DNA from: Candidatus Poribacteria bacterium
GTDB taxonomy: Bacteria; Poribacteria; WGA-4E; UBA9662
DNA: 19,358 nt
Direction: 5' to 3'
Assembly: GCA_046582655.1 (NCBI GenBank)
Contig: JAYGDX010000164.1
Location: 1 to 19,358, forward strand
Below are positions 8,298-18,157 of this stretch, piece after piece (position 1 is the first letter of the stretch; every line of letters begins with the position of its first letter). The notes below the pieces were generated by a model. That model made no database searches and had not been told where the DNA came from. It saw only the letters and a list, made by a program, of their open reading frames with translations. The position numbers were made by a program, and so were the translations under genes.

Positions 8298-9080
8298 ATG
8301 CTAACCGATGCGCAACTCGATCATTTCGCCGTCCATGGCTGGGTTCTTCAGGGAAATGTATTTAGTTCAGAAGAAATTGATACTTTTAGGAGCGCCTTGG
8401 ATAGGCTCTACGAATCCAAAGTCTCGACTATGGTTCATAAAGATACCGCTGATATCAAGAACGTCGACAACATGGTGAATTACGACCAGATGTTTCGTGA
8501 CTGGATTGTGAATCCAAAGATTCTTCCAGTTTTGAAGCAACTTTTGGGGACGCCACCTCGCTTTGAATGTTGCCATGCTATGATCAAGTATCCGCATCCG
8601 GAGCGGGAAACAAAGTGGTCCCAGCTCTCTGATCCATCGAAGATGGGTTGGCATCGTGGAATACGCCCGAAATATGGCGTAGTTGCGGCCAATAATCATG
8701 CCTACATTAATACGACATTTCTCAACAATGCTACTTACTTGACAGATGTTGGGCCTGAAGATGGAGGAACTATGATTTTGGATGGTTCTCATCAGATTGA
8801 AGCCCAATATTGGCGGGAGATTTTCGATCCTGCGATGGTTGTTCAGGTAGAGGCCAAAGCCGGATCAGTATTGCATTTCACAGAAGCCTTGATCCATACT
8901 GGCGTGCCAATCCTCTCCGAACGGACTCGGTATACCATGTTCTACGGTTTTACTCCGCCATGGATGCAGTGCTGGCCTGGATGTAGTCCCACACAGGAAA
9001 TCATTGACAGCAGTCAAGGTGAACTGAAGGAAATCTTAGGTGCCCGCACCGGATATATGGGACAATACCAACCAGAGTAA
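8298..9080 (+). CDS. PhyH family Fe(II)/2OG enzyme with HxG (WHRG) motif
   Basis: MLTDAQLDHFAVHGW is a typical PhyH N-terminus, so ATG 8298 is preferred over 8217. Also GWHRG, DGGTMILDGSH, AGSVLHFTEALIHT and RTRYTMF. Confidence 0.88.
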   Translation: MLTDAQLDHFAVHGWVLQGNVFSSEEIDTFRSALDRLYESKVSTMVHKDTADIKNVDNMVNYDQMFRDWIVNPKILPVLKQLLGTPPRFECCHAMIKYPHPERETKWSQLSDPSKMGWHRGIRPKYGVVAANNHAYINTTFLNNATYLTDVGPEDGGTMILDGSHQIEAQYWREIFDPAMVVQVEAKAGSVLHFTEALIHTGVPILSERTRYTMFYGFTPPWMQCWPGCSPTQEIIDSSQGELKEILGARTGYMGQYQPE

Positions 9081-9190
9081 ATCCGATGATCCTCAGGTAA
9101 CCGTAGAGATGAGATCTAGACCATGCTTCATACTTTCCCTGCCACAATCTCTCCTTAGATGACATTCACCCCAATTTCAAAGGCGTGCGA

Positions 9191-10618
9191 TCAAGCCAAG
9201 ATCTCTTTGACGATTTTCCCATGTACATCAGTTAAGCGGTAACGACGACCTTGAAACTTGAAGGTTAGTTGTTCATGATCAATACCAAGCAGGTGAAGCA
9301 AGGTAGCTTGAAAATCGTGAACATGAACTGGATTCTCGGCGATATTGTAACTGAAATCGTCCGTCTCTCCGTAAGAGAATCCAGGCTTAACCCCACCACC
9401 AGCCATCCAAATGCTAAAACACCGAGGATGGTGATCTCGTCCATAGTCGGTTTTGGTCAACCGACCTTGCGAATAGCAGGTGCGACCAAACTCTCCACCC
9501 CAGATGACCAGTGTGTCATCGAGTAACCCTCGTTGCTCCAAATCCATAACTAAAGCGGCTGAGGCTTGGTCGGTTTCCTGGCATTGCCGTTGGATATTGG
9601 TCGGCAATCCGCCATGGTGATCCCACCCCCGGTGGTAGAGCTGTACAAATCGCACGCCACGTTCGACCAATCGACGCGCTAGCAGACAGTTCGCCGCATA
9701 AGTGCCTGGCTCTCGTGAATCTGGACCATAGTGCTCAAAGGTCGACTCGGGTTCGTCCGAAACATCGGTAACCTCAGGTACGGAGGTCTGCATGTGAAAC
9801 GCCATTTCATATTGCGTCATCCTCTCTAAGATTTCTGAATCGCCAACATTCTGATATTGGATCTCCTGCAACTGTCGTAGGTACTTCATCTGATGCCCAC
9901 GTGTTTCGTTATTAATGCCGTCGGGATTGCTAAGGTAGAGGACGGGATTTTTGCCGGCTCGAAACTGAACACCTTGATGCTGTGAGGGGAGAAACCCATT
10001 GCCCCATAGTCGAGTGTAGAGCGGTTGGCCAGTTTTGTTTTTAGTTACTAAGACCACAAAGGTCGGCAGATTTTCGTTAGTGCTTCCTAGCCCATAGCTC
10101 AACCATGCGCCAATCGAAGGACGCCCTGGCAGTTGTGAGCCCGTTTGTAGAAAAGTTGAAGCTGGATCGTGGTTGATAGCCTCAGTGTGCATCGATTTGA
10201 TAAAACAGAGTTTATCAACGATCTCAGCCGTATGGGGCAAGAGTTCACTAACCCAAGTCCTTGATTGGCCGTGCTGCGCAAAACCAAAGATTGATCCAGT
10301 CAAAGGAAAGGTAGCCTGTCCCGAGGTCATGCCGGTCAAGCGTTGCCCTTTTCGGATAGATTCTGGTAGATCTTGTCCTCTCAATTGTCGTAACTTAGGT
10401 TTGTAATCAAACGTCTCTAGCTGAGAAGGGGCACCGCTCTGGAACAGGTAGATTACGCGCTTGGCCTTGGGGGAAAAATGGGGTTGTCCCAGCAACCCAT
10501 CCGCAAAAGTCGACTGAGGGTTGATGATAGCAGCCAGTGCGGCTGCACCCAGACCGAGAGATGTTTGGCTTAGAAATTGACGGCGTGAATAATTTTTTTC
10601 GAAATTATGGCAATACAT
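9191..10618 (-). CDS. DUF1501 domain protein (Tat-like leader), Planctomycete-type
   Basis: SRRQFL twin-Arg leader, [55 protein letters not shown]. Confidence 0.93.
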   Translation of the reverse strand: MYCHNFEKNYSRRQFLSQTSLGLGAAALAAIINPQSTFADGLLGQPHFSPKAKRVIYLFQSGAPSQLETFDYKPKLRQLRGQDLPESIRKGQRLTGMTSGQATFPLTGSIFGFAQHGQSRTWVSELLPHTAEIVDKLCFIKSMHTEAINHDPASTFLQTGSQLPGRPSIGAWLSYGLGSTNENLPTFVVLVTKNKTGQPLYTRLWGNGFLPSQHQGVQFRAGKNPVLYLSNPDGINNETRGHQMKYLRQLQEIQYQNVGDSEILERMTQYEMAFHMQTSVPEVTDVSDEPESTFEHYGPDSREPGTYAANCLLARRLVERGVRFVQLYHRGWDHHGGLPTNIQRQCQETDQASAALVMDLEQRGLLDDTLVIWGGEFGRTCYSQGRLTKTDYGRDHHPRCFSIWMAGGGVKPGFSYGETDDFSYNIAENPVHVHDFQATLLHLLGIDHEQLTFKFQGRRYRLTDVHGKIVKEILA

Positions 10619-10635
10619 CGTTAGATCTACCCCCG

Positions 10636-13600
10636 TTACCTCTTCATGTAGAATCCATCATAGTTCATAATTAAATTAGCGACGACAGCAAAAGCTGCTG
10701 TTTCAGTCTGTGGTAACGTTTCATCGAAGGGACGTTCGCCGACCGAAAGCAAGGCTTTTGTGGCTTCGGAATTTTGCTCAAATCGGTTGTGATTGTGGTG
10801 ATAACAATTTACTAACAGTTCTATTTCATCTCCTTTTGGTTGACGACCCGTTAATAAACGAAAGGCTAAAACTAGGCGAGATAACAGGTCTTTATCACCT
10901 TGACGTTGAATTCGCTCAGCCAAAATTCGTGCTGCCTCGACGAACTGTGGATCGTTCATCATCACCAAAGCTTGCAGTGGTGTGTTGGTGACTTCCCGTT
11001 TGACGGTGCAAACGCTTCGGTTGGGAGCATCCAAGATAGTCATGGCTGGTGGTGGCGAAGTTCGGCGGATGAAAGTATACAGACTACGTCGATAGAGCGA
11101 CTCTCCAGTATCAGCTTGATAGGTTTTTAGCTTGCCAGAAAAATTGTTCTTTTCGATCCATAACCCTGGTGGTTGATATGGCTTGACACTGCTCCCCCCT
11201 ACTTTTGCAGTTAACAATCCGCTACCGGCTAGTGCGTTATCTCGCAGGAATTCAGCCATCCACCGGTAGGAGGGAAACCTCCAGAGCAGTCGGTTATCAG
11301 GATCCTGCTGAGCCGATATAGGATCGACAACCGACGATTGTCGATAGGTAGCGGAGGCAATAATCAGTTTTAGCAAATCCCGAACATTCCAGCCTGATTC
11401 TCGAAACCAAACCGACAACCAATCCAGCAACTCTGGGTGTGTCGGTCGCTGGCCCTGAACACCAAAATCGTGAGGTGTTCGAACTAGGCCGTGACCGAAC
11501 AGCATTTGCCAATAGTGGTTGACGGCAACACGGGAAGTTAATGGGTTATCCGGATCAAATAGCCACTGCGATAGACCAAGCCTATTTGATGGTAGATCTT
11601 TAGGAAATGCTGCTACCACTTTTGGCGTTCCCATTTCTACTTGTTCACGAAGTTGACTGTATTCTCCACGATGCAATCGATAGGTATTCCGAGGCTGTTC
11701 CATTTCTGCCATTACCATCACTAATGGGACTTGACTAAACAGTTCAATCCTCTGCTTTTGTAACTCTCGATAAGTGGCTGTGATCGCTTGCCAGCTGGTG
11801 TGCTCTCGGCTGAGCCAATGTTGAAATCGATCTGCCGATGTTGGTTGATTGACAGACGAACTGATTTCCAAATCAGGACAATGATAAGATCTAAACAATT
11901 GTTCGACCTCGACCTGAGTCAGTGCTAGCTCGTAGAAACGAATATCATCCAATCCACCCTGATAAATCCCGAAGTCGCCAGTAAAGCCACGATAGCTACG
12001 GCCGGCTCTGACATCCCGCGCCTTGCCGCCATCAGGCAAAATCGTGCGGGTTAGTTGGTCTAACACAACCCGAAATTCAACTGACTTTCCGTTGATAAAT
12101 AGGCTAATACCAGCTGCTTGCCCCGTTCCGTCGTAGGACATGGCTACATGTGTCCATTTACCGTCTACGATTGGGCTAACCGAGCGGACATGGATCAAAA
12201 TGTCGGGTAAATTATGGATTAGTCGGGCAGCTAAATGCCCTTTGTAATCGAGGTAGAGATCCCAACCTCGCCAATATTGATTCTTACCGCCAGTAGTCCC
12301 AAGTAGCGTACGAGTCATCCGTTGGTCGATCATCACTAGCTGATCAGGTTCTCTCGATTGAGGATGAATCCAGAGAGAAACGCTGAAAGGGTCAGTGACA
12401 TCGCCTGCCCCTGCACCTTTTAGCGTCAGATACTGGTATTCGCCATCGATCCACATAGCACCGCCATCTACCCCGTTAATCAGTTTGGGAGTGACGGTAA
12501 CGGTCGCTTGTTTGTTACCATCGAGACTTTGCACCGTTTCCCCCTCTTCCGTTTCGATGGGGACAATCGCGTCCAATGGGAATTGCAGAGCAACCAGATT
12601 ACCTAGACGGTTTTCACTGACCACAGGCAAATTAGTTTTGGCTTTAAATTTGGTTTTTTCCTGCTGTTGAATCTTCTTCAATTCCGTGTGGACAGCTAGG
12701 ATCTGTTGATCCAGATCTTCCAGTTTTTTAGCCGTTTCTGCGTCGGGTAAAGCCAATACTGGTCCGTAGTTTCCATCGTCACCTGTCATGCCAAGTTCGC
12801 GAACATTATTGAAGAAAGCCGCCAGTTGATAATATTCTTTTTGGGATATTGGATCGAATTTGTGGTCGTGGCAACGAGCACAATTCATGGTTAGACCGAG
12901 GAATGCAGTGGCCGTAGTTTCAACTCGATCGAAAACATAGTAGAGCCGAAACTCTTCATCGATCACACCACCTTCGGCTGTCATCGGATGATTTCGGTGA
13001 AAGGCTGTTGCCAATATTTGTTCAGTTGATGGATTTGGCATTAGATCACCCGCTAGCTGCCAAGTTACGAATTCATCGTAGGGCATATTTTTCTGAAAAG
13101 CAGAGATAACCCAATCTCGCCACGGCCACATCCGTCGCCAACCGTCGGCGTGCAGCCCATGCGAATCAGCGTAGCGTGATAGGTCCATCCAGTCTAATGT
13201 CAGCCGCTCGGCATGCGCATCGGTGGCTAATAGCCGATCCAACAACCGATCATAGGCATTTCCCGAATTATCAGCTAGAAAAGATTCGATTTCCTCGATC
13301 GTCGGTGAGAGCCCAGTCAAATCCATCGTCACCCGACGAAGTAAGGTCTCCTTATCTGCTTTGGGAGAGGGCCTTAGTTGTTGTCGGGCTAAACGGACTT
13401 GTATAAAACGGTCAATTTCATTTTTGGCTTCAAACTGATTTAAGGAAGAGGGTAGTGTTGGCTTGACCGGCTTAACAAAGGCCCAATGCTTGCCCCAAGT
13501 TGCCCCTTCGGAGATCCACTGCTTTAAGATCTTAATTTGCGTCGGTGTTAGCTTCAAATTTGAGGCTGGCGGTGGCATCATCTGTGTGGGATCGGAGGCT

Positions 13601-13872
13601 GTGATTCGATCCACCAGTCGGCTATTATCAATGTTCTTAGGAATAACGATCGGATCTTCGGTTCGTAACGCCGTTTCCTTGAGGTCTAGACGTAAATTGG
13701 CTTGACGGGCATTTTGGTCGGGGCCATGACATTTAAAACATTTGTCCGAAAGAATCGGTAGCACATCCCGATCAAAGGAAATCTGATCAGCCAGCAATGG
13801 CGCAGGCAATAATGGGGTAGGAAAAAAGAATAGGATCAGAACTGCGGAACACCAACTTAATTGACGAAACAT
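10636..13872 (-). CDS. Planctomycete cytochrome c (PSCyt1) / DUF1549 / LamG-like / DUF1553 protein
   Basis: Signal peptide, CFKCHG and [11 protein letters not shown] heme motifs, [17 protein letters not shown], central LamG-like [28 protein letters not shown]. Confidence 0.93.
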   Translation of the reverse strand: MFRQLSWCSAVLILFFFPTPLLPAPLLADQISFDRDVLPILSDKCFKCHGPDQNARQANLRLDLKETALRTEDPIVIPKNIDNSRLVDRITASDPTQMMPPPASNLKLTPTQIKILKQWISEGATWGKHWAFVKPVKPTLPSSLNQFEAKNEIDRFIQVRLARQQLRPSPKADKETLLRRVTMDLTGLSPTIEEIESFLADNSGNAYDRLLDRLLATDAHAERLTLDWMDLSRYADSHGLHADGWRRMWPWRDWVISAFQKNMPYDEFVTWQLAGDLMPNPSTEQILATAFHRNHPMTAEGGVIDEEFRLYYVFDRVETTATAFLGLTMNCARCHDHKFDPISQKEYYQLAAFFNNVRELGMTGDDGNYGPVLALPDAETAKKLEDLDQQILAVHTELKKIQQQEKTKFKAKTNLPVVSENRLGNLVALQFPLDAIVPIETEEGETVQSLDGNKQATVTVTPKLINGVDGGAMWIDGEYQYLTLKGAGAGDVTDPFSVSLWIHPQSREPDQLVMIDQRMTRTLLGTTGGKNQYWRGWDLYLDYKGHLAARLIHNLPDILIHVRSVSPIVDGKWTHVAMSYDGTGQAAGISLFINGKSVEFRVVLDQLTRTILPDGGKARDVRAGRSYRGFTGDFGIYQGGLDDIRFYELALTQVEVEQLFRSYHCPDLEISSSVNQPTSADRFQHWLSREHTSWQAITATYRELQKQRIELFSQVPLVMVMAEMEQPRNTYRLHRGEYSQLREQVEMGTPKVVAAFPKDLPSNRLGLSQWLFDPDNPLTSRVAVNHYWQMLFGHGLVRTPHDFGVQGQRPTHPELLDWLSVWFRESGWNVRDLLKLIIASATYRQSSVVDPISAQQDPDNRLLWRFPSYRWMAEFLRDNALAGSGLLTAKVGGSSVKPYQPPGLWIEKNNFSGKLKTYQADTGESLYRRSLYTFIRRTSPPPAMTILDAPNRSVCTVKREVTNTPLQALVMMNDPQFVEAARILAERIQRQGDKDLLSRLVLAFRLLTGRQPKGDEIELLVNCYHHNHNRFEQNSEATKALLSVGERPFDETLPQTETAAFAVVANLIMNYDGFYMKR

Positions 13873-14032
13873 AGTAATCTTCTAGCGGGGTAGATCTTTG
13901 ACTTAAGATGATAAAGATTTGCGATAACAAGATCTAACACAAAACTTTTTTGATCATGTTGCCATTATAGATGATCGCTACGGCAAAATCATACCAATAA
14001 TTCCGTAGCTGATAAAACAATGAAAACTACGA

Positions 14033-14902
14033 TTATTGGGTGTCGTTTTTAAACCGAAATGGTTGGTCTTTGGTGAAATCAGCACTGGTTATCGTCGGAC
14101 ACCAATAGCGTTCGATATGCTCCACCACCAAATCTGTCCCGCGAAAATGACTAACGAAAGGATGTTGCCGAGAATTGTACATTGTGTCAGTCAAGTCACG
14201 CATCAGCAATACATTCTGACCTTGGTAAACCAACTGGCGGATAGAAAATGGACGACCAAGTACACACATGTTGGTGTGTACACCCATTACAATCACGTTG
14301 TCGATATGACGCTGCTTCATCAGGTAATAGGCTTCGTCGCTATCAGTGATAGAATCAACTTCCTTTATCTCGACGATGTCAATCTGACGAAGGTCCATTG
14401 GATTTTTTTCTGGATCGCATTGGGGTAGACAATCACATCCGCCGTCAGAATCGTCAATAGGGAGTTCCGCTTCGTATTTTGGGTTTAAGGAACACCAATC
14501 CTGCAATGGCACCCTAGTGGGGACTTTGGGTGCGTGCTGAGCAAGTTTTCGCATGGGTGTGTCAGCGTAAAATTCCATGCCACTGCTAGGACAGTGAATG
14601 ATCAGGGCACCCTTTCCCCTCGCAATTTGGACGACGGTATTCATTCGTGTTGCCATCTCTCCAACCCGTCGAGTAGCGCCTGCACACCAGTGCTTAGTCC
14701 ACATATCACAGATGACGATGGCTGTTTTTTCAGCGTCCCATTCAGTTACATCCTTAACGTTGACAAACTTTGTTGGGTTATTCTGGTCAGGAACTTGCTT
14801 ACGTGTTTGTAATTTTAGCGTAGCAGCAGAGAGAGAAGTGGAAGCCACCGCCAAGACAATCATACTGGTAATAAAACCAAGATGTTTCATTTGAATACCC
14901 AT
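14033..14902 (-). CDS. Secreted isochorismatase/nicotinamidase-like cysteine hydrolase
   Basis: Signal-peptide-like N-terminus (start may be MKHLG at 14890), TAIVICDMW, MGVHTNMCV with catalytic Cys, RDLTD. Confidence 0.8.
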   Translation of the reverse strand: MGIQMKHLGFITSMIVLAVASTSLSAATLKLQTRKQVPDQNNPTKFVNVKDVTEWDAEKTAIVICDMWTKHWCAGATRRVGEMATRMNTVVQIARGKGALIIHCPSSGMEFYADTPMRKLAQHAPKVPTRVPLQDWCSLNPKYEAELPIDDSDGGCDCLPQCDPEKNPMDLRQIDIVEIKEVDSITDSDEAYYLMKQRHIDNVIVMGVHTNMCVLGRPFSIRQLVYQGQNVLLMRDLTDTMYNSRQHPFVSHFRGTDLVVEHIERYWCPTITSADFTKDQPFRFKNDTQ

Positions 14903-15061
14903 TTACACATTGAAATTACATTTTTGCTATTCAGGTCATCACGTATCGGATTCTATCAGGACCTGTCGTTTTGGTCAATACCTCACTTAATATGTAGCTA
15001 TTATAACCTGGGAATCATCCTCCTACCTCACTGTTATATCGTTTTTTCAAATACTATAGAT

Positions 15062-16324
15062 CTACTTAATTCGGCAACCCGCTTGAAACACGGCAACCAC
15101 ACGGCTGAGTGCATCTACATCAACAGTTGGATCACCATCGAATGCCACCAAATCAGCAACTTTTCCGGATTGGATGGTACCAATTTCATCATCAAGTCCA
15201 ATAGCTTCTGCGGAAATCTGTGTCGCGGCTATTAATGTCTCTGCTGGCGTAAACCCGACCTGAACCAGCAACTGCAGATCATAGTCCAGATGGCCAAAAG
15301 CCAGATTGTTGACACCAGAGTCGGTCCCAGGAACAATCCGATCACGCAAATTATAATCCAACATACGCCGCATGACATCCAAGCGAACCTCTGCTCTTTG
15401 TTCCAAGCCCTGTAATTCTGCTTCCTCTGCAACTGATATATCCCCATCTTTAAGCTTAGCGTTCAACTCAACAATCCGTGGGTAGCGTGTCCAAGACTGC
15501 AATGTCGGACTAATCCAGATTCTAGATTCTTCCATCATCTCAGCAATCCTAGTATCGAAGTGCAGTTGGTCGTCTGTTTCGAGGAACTCGGCATGTTCCA
15601 TTAAGTCAATGCCTGCTTCAATGGCACGTACCATTGATTCCTTGGCACGGCAGTGGGCAGCTGTCAGACGGTGAAAGTGGTGAGCTTCGTGGATAGCCGC
15701 ATGCAGTTCTTCTGTCGTATAGGATGCGAGCCCAGGAATTGTGCCTTCTGTACCGCCTCCCGAAGCCATGATTTTGATATAATCCGCACCCTCATGCACC
15801 AGTCGTCGAACCGATCGACGTATTTGTTCCTCACCATCAGCAATTTCGTTACACATATGAAAGTGTCCACCAGTGCAAGTAATTGGTCGGCCACTAGCAA
15901 GTAAACGAGGTCCTGCCATATAACCGCGAGCTAATCCTTCCTTGAGGGTAAAACCGATTTTATTCCGTGCGCCATGCTCACGAATGGTCGTGATACCAGC
16001 AGTGAGATGTTGCTGTAAATTCATCACTCCGGTAAGAACCATCATCTCGTCGCTATCAGCAAACATTTCGACATAAGTTCGTCCATCACCAGCCAAACTC
16101 AGGTGGGTGTGTCCATCAATCAAACCTGGCGTGATACAGGCCGTTCCGAGATCTATTATTTCTGTTTCTGGAGGCGTCTGTCGTTGAATGGCATCTTGGT
16201 GACCAACAGAGGTAATCCAGCCATCTGTGATCAAAACGGCTTGATTTGGTTTTGAGGAACTGCTGATACCGTCAGCGAGACGTGCCGCACGAATTTGAAT
16301 GGTTCTTGCATTTTTGTCAGACAT
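15062..16324 (-). CDS. Metal-dependent amidohydrolase (imidazolonepropionase/prolidase-like)
   Basis: PGLIDGHTH, GADYIKIMASGG, AAHC, MEH, PGTDSG, GTIQSGKVADLV; GAGGAAGG RBS upstream. Confidence 0.9.
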   Translation of the reverse strand: MSDKNARTIQIRAARLADGISSSSKPNQAVLITDGWITSVGHQDAIQRQTPPETEIIDLGTACITPGLIDGHTHLSLAGDGRTYVEMFADSDEMMVLTGVMNLQQHLTAGITTIREHGARNKIGFTLKEGLARGYMAGPRLLASGRPITCTGGHFHMCNEIADGEEQIRRSVRRLVHEGADYIKIMASGGGTEGTIPGLASYTTEELHAAIHEAHHFHRLTAAHCRAKESMVRAIEAGIDLMEHAEFLETDDQLHFDTRIAEMMEESRIWISPTLQSWTRYPRIVELNAKLKDGDISVAEEAELQGLEQRAEVRLDVMRRMLDYNLRDRIVPGTDSGVNNLAFGHLDYDLQLLVQVGFTPAETLIAATQISAEAIGLDDEIGTIQSGKVADLVAFDGDPTVDVDALSRVVAVFQAGCRIK

Positions 16325-16336
16325 AAACTACCTTCC

Positions 16337-16462
16337 TCTTAGAACCTATTTGAAAGAAAATTCTTCTGTTCCATGGTTAACTTAGGCTTTTTTTATCCAT
16401 CAGTGTCACATGGAACTTCCTATTATTTCAACTCCTTCTTTATTCCCAAATAGGTTCTAAGA
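16337..16462. repeat. 126-bp element with 16-bp perfect terminal inverted repeats (MITE-like)
   Basis: TCTTAGAACCTATTTG (16337-16352) / CAAATAGGTTCTAAGA (16447-16462), with an inner IR GTTCCATG (16368-16375) / CATGGAAC (16409-16416). Confidence 0.65.
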
Positions 16463-16858
16463 AATTTAGACTTATATTTAAAGAACACCTAAAAACTTAC
16501 ATGGCTCAATCTACCTTCATTAATTAAAATTTCACCCATACCTATGCATACCAAGATGTTTTGCCTCTGACAAGCTTATTTAGATAATTGAAATTTATCC
16601 TAGTTCGACTGTATATAAGAATAGGATATTTATTATTCCAACCTCATCCACTATACATAACCATAACTGGATGTAACAAAAAAAAACAAAAACGCAAAAA
16701 AATTGTCTTGCAAGGTAAGTTAGTGTCTTATAACTGTAAATTCAAGCAGTTGCTCGAGGAGCTTCTTTCATCGATAACAAGTTGTTAGCAAGCCATAATT
16801 GCATTTAGATAAATAATCCACTTGCATAAGACTATCTCAAGAATATGCTGACGGATGA

Positions 16859-17240
16859 TCAACTGTCCGCCTTTCTCAGTCGATGAATAATCTGGTGGGT
16901 GGTTTGCCAATGGGTCGAAGGATGATTATAGTCATTTTTTTGCGTCGGCCAACTAACCTAATAAGTAGTATCGAAGGGAACAAATTTCCGAGACTGTGTG
17001 ATTGGAATTACAACCTGCTCAGAAATGAAAATCTTCATCGCTTCGGAAACCAGTGGAATAATGGGTGAATCTCCTAGTGGTAAGACTCCTATCTGTGGCA
17101 CAAGTTTGCTATCCGCTTCGGTAGCTTTTCCACTCCAACGCACAAAATTATTATTGCCACGAGCGCGCTGGTCAATCGGATGTAAAGAGTGCTCGATGCA
17201 TATCAGGATATCCCACAGCTCAACCGTGTGATTGACAGAT
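16859..17240 (-). pseudogene. C-terminal remnant of a family-5 (Opp/Dpp-like) ABC substrate-binding protein with an internal stop
   Basis: One frame reads ...QRARGNNNFVRWSG...QIGVLPLGD...EAMKIF...VIPITQSRKFVPFDTTY*VSWPTQKNDYNHPSTHWQTTHQIIHRL. TAG at 16958-16960 sits where YW.GWPT is expected. There is no start codon or N-terminal part. Confidence 0.7.
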
Positions 17241-17532
17241 ATCTGATGTGGACACGGATCCGGCCAGACAATGACATTTGGATTCCTATCCTGAATAGCT
17301 TCAAAAGCCCCAGTATAATATCCATGATGCTGTCAAGATTCAGAATGTCTCGTCCTAAATCTACTCCAGTTTTTTTAGTAACGTTTCAAGTTACAGGGTG
17401 ACTATAAAGCTTGAGGTATATCTGCAATAAACCATCTAAATTAGAACTAATAGCAAAGCCATTGGAGACAAATTGTCACAACGGACTTTCTCTTTGATTT
17501 TGCAACTGAGACTAACTTGGATATCCTTGTAT

Positions 17533-17802
17533 TCAGCTAATGTTCTGCAAGCTGGTGGAGCCGCCTGTAACCGGTGGTATTAACGCAACTTCGTCGTCAT
17601 CTGAGAGTTTTGTCTCTTTGTTTGCGTATTGCCAGTTTACTGACATCTGCATTACTTCAAAAAGCTTAGAAATTTCGGGTTTTTCCTTTTTCAGTTGGTC
17701 TAGGATATCTTGTAAAGTTGCGCCTTCTGGAAATTCCATTTCTTCTTCATCACGATTGAACATCTGGCGACAGACTGCAAAGTATTTAACTTTCACTTTC
17801 AT
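17533..17802 (-). CDS. moaD: MoaD/ThiS family sulfur-carrier protein with C-terminal extension
   Basis: MKVKVKYFA...VN..Y...LSDDDEVALIPPVTGG followed by STSLQNIS; ATG 17802 preferred. Confidence 0.85.
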   Translation of the reverse strand: MKVKVKYFAVCRQMFNRDEEEMEFPEGATLQDILDQLKKEKPEISKLFEVMQMSVNWQYANKETKLSDDDEVALIPPVTGGSTSLQNIS

Positions 17803-18157
17803 AATATTTCCGTGACTCAATAGCTCGTATCTAGAAAAAAATAATAAAAACTATAAGCAGCTAACTTAGAAAAGGTAGGTGATTTTGGTGAATTGGAGTC
17901 AACTAGATGAATCGCTTTGTTTCTTAACTTAAGGTGTTCTTATCCAATTATTAACTGTATATTATTATATTATAGCTGATATTTCATGACTAATTAGCCT
18001 ATCCTGAATTTTTATTAATAGCTATAATTTTATTTCAATTCAGATTGGACGAATTTCGACCTTCAATTTTTGGTTAAATTCTGCCTATGGTGAGATATAA
18101 TTGGTTTTAATCGATACCAAAGTTCCGAATTCCGACTTTATTTTTTCTCACAAACTA

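Noticed and set aside
9095..9170. AAGGAGAG RBS-like sequence on the minus strand after the DUF1501 gene
   Set aside because: It is followed only by a few codons before stops, so no supportable gene.
9269..15904. Numerous 60-130 aa ORFs antisense or out of frame within the large minus-strand genes (likewise those inside 2269-9080)
   Set aside because: Shadow ORFs of well-supported genes, with no motifs or RBS.
16588..16788. 66-aa ORF and A-rich tract around 16676-16702
   Set aside because: Low-complexity AT-rich intergenic sequence; the Lys run simply reflects poly-A.
16958..16960. In-frame TAG as possible pyrrolysine or stop-codon recoding
   Set aside because: The position corresponds to an expected Trp (one-base change), the fragment lacks its 5' part, and TAG is used as a normal stop by the amidohydrolase gene.
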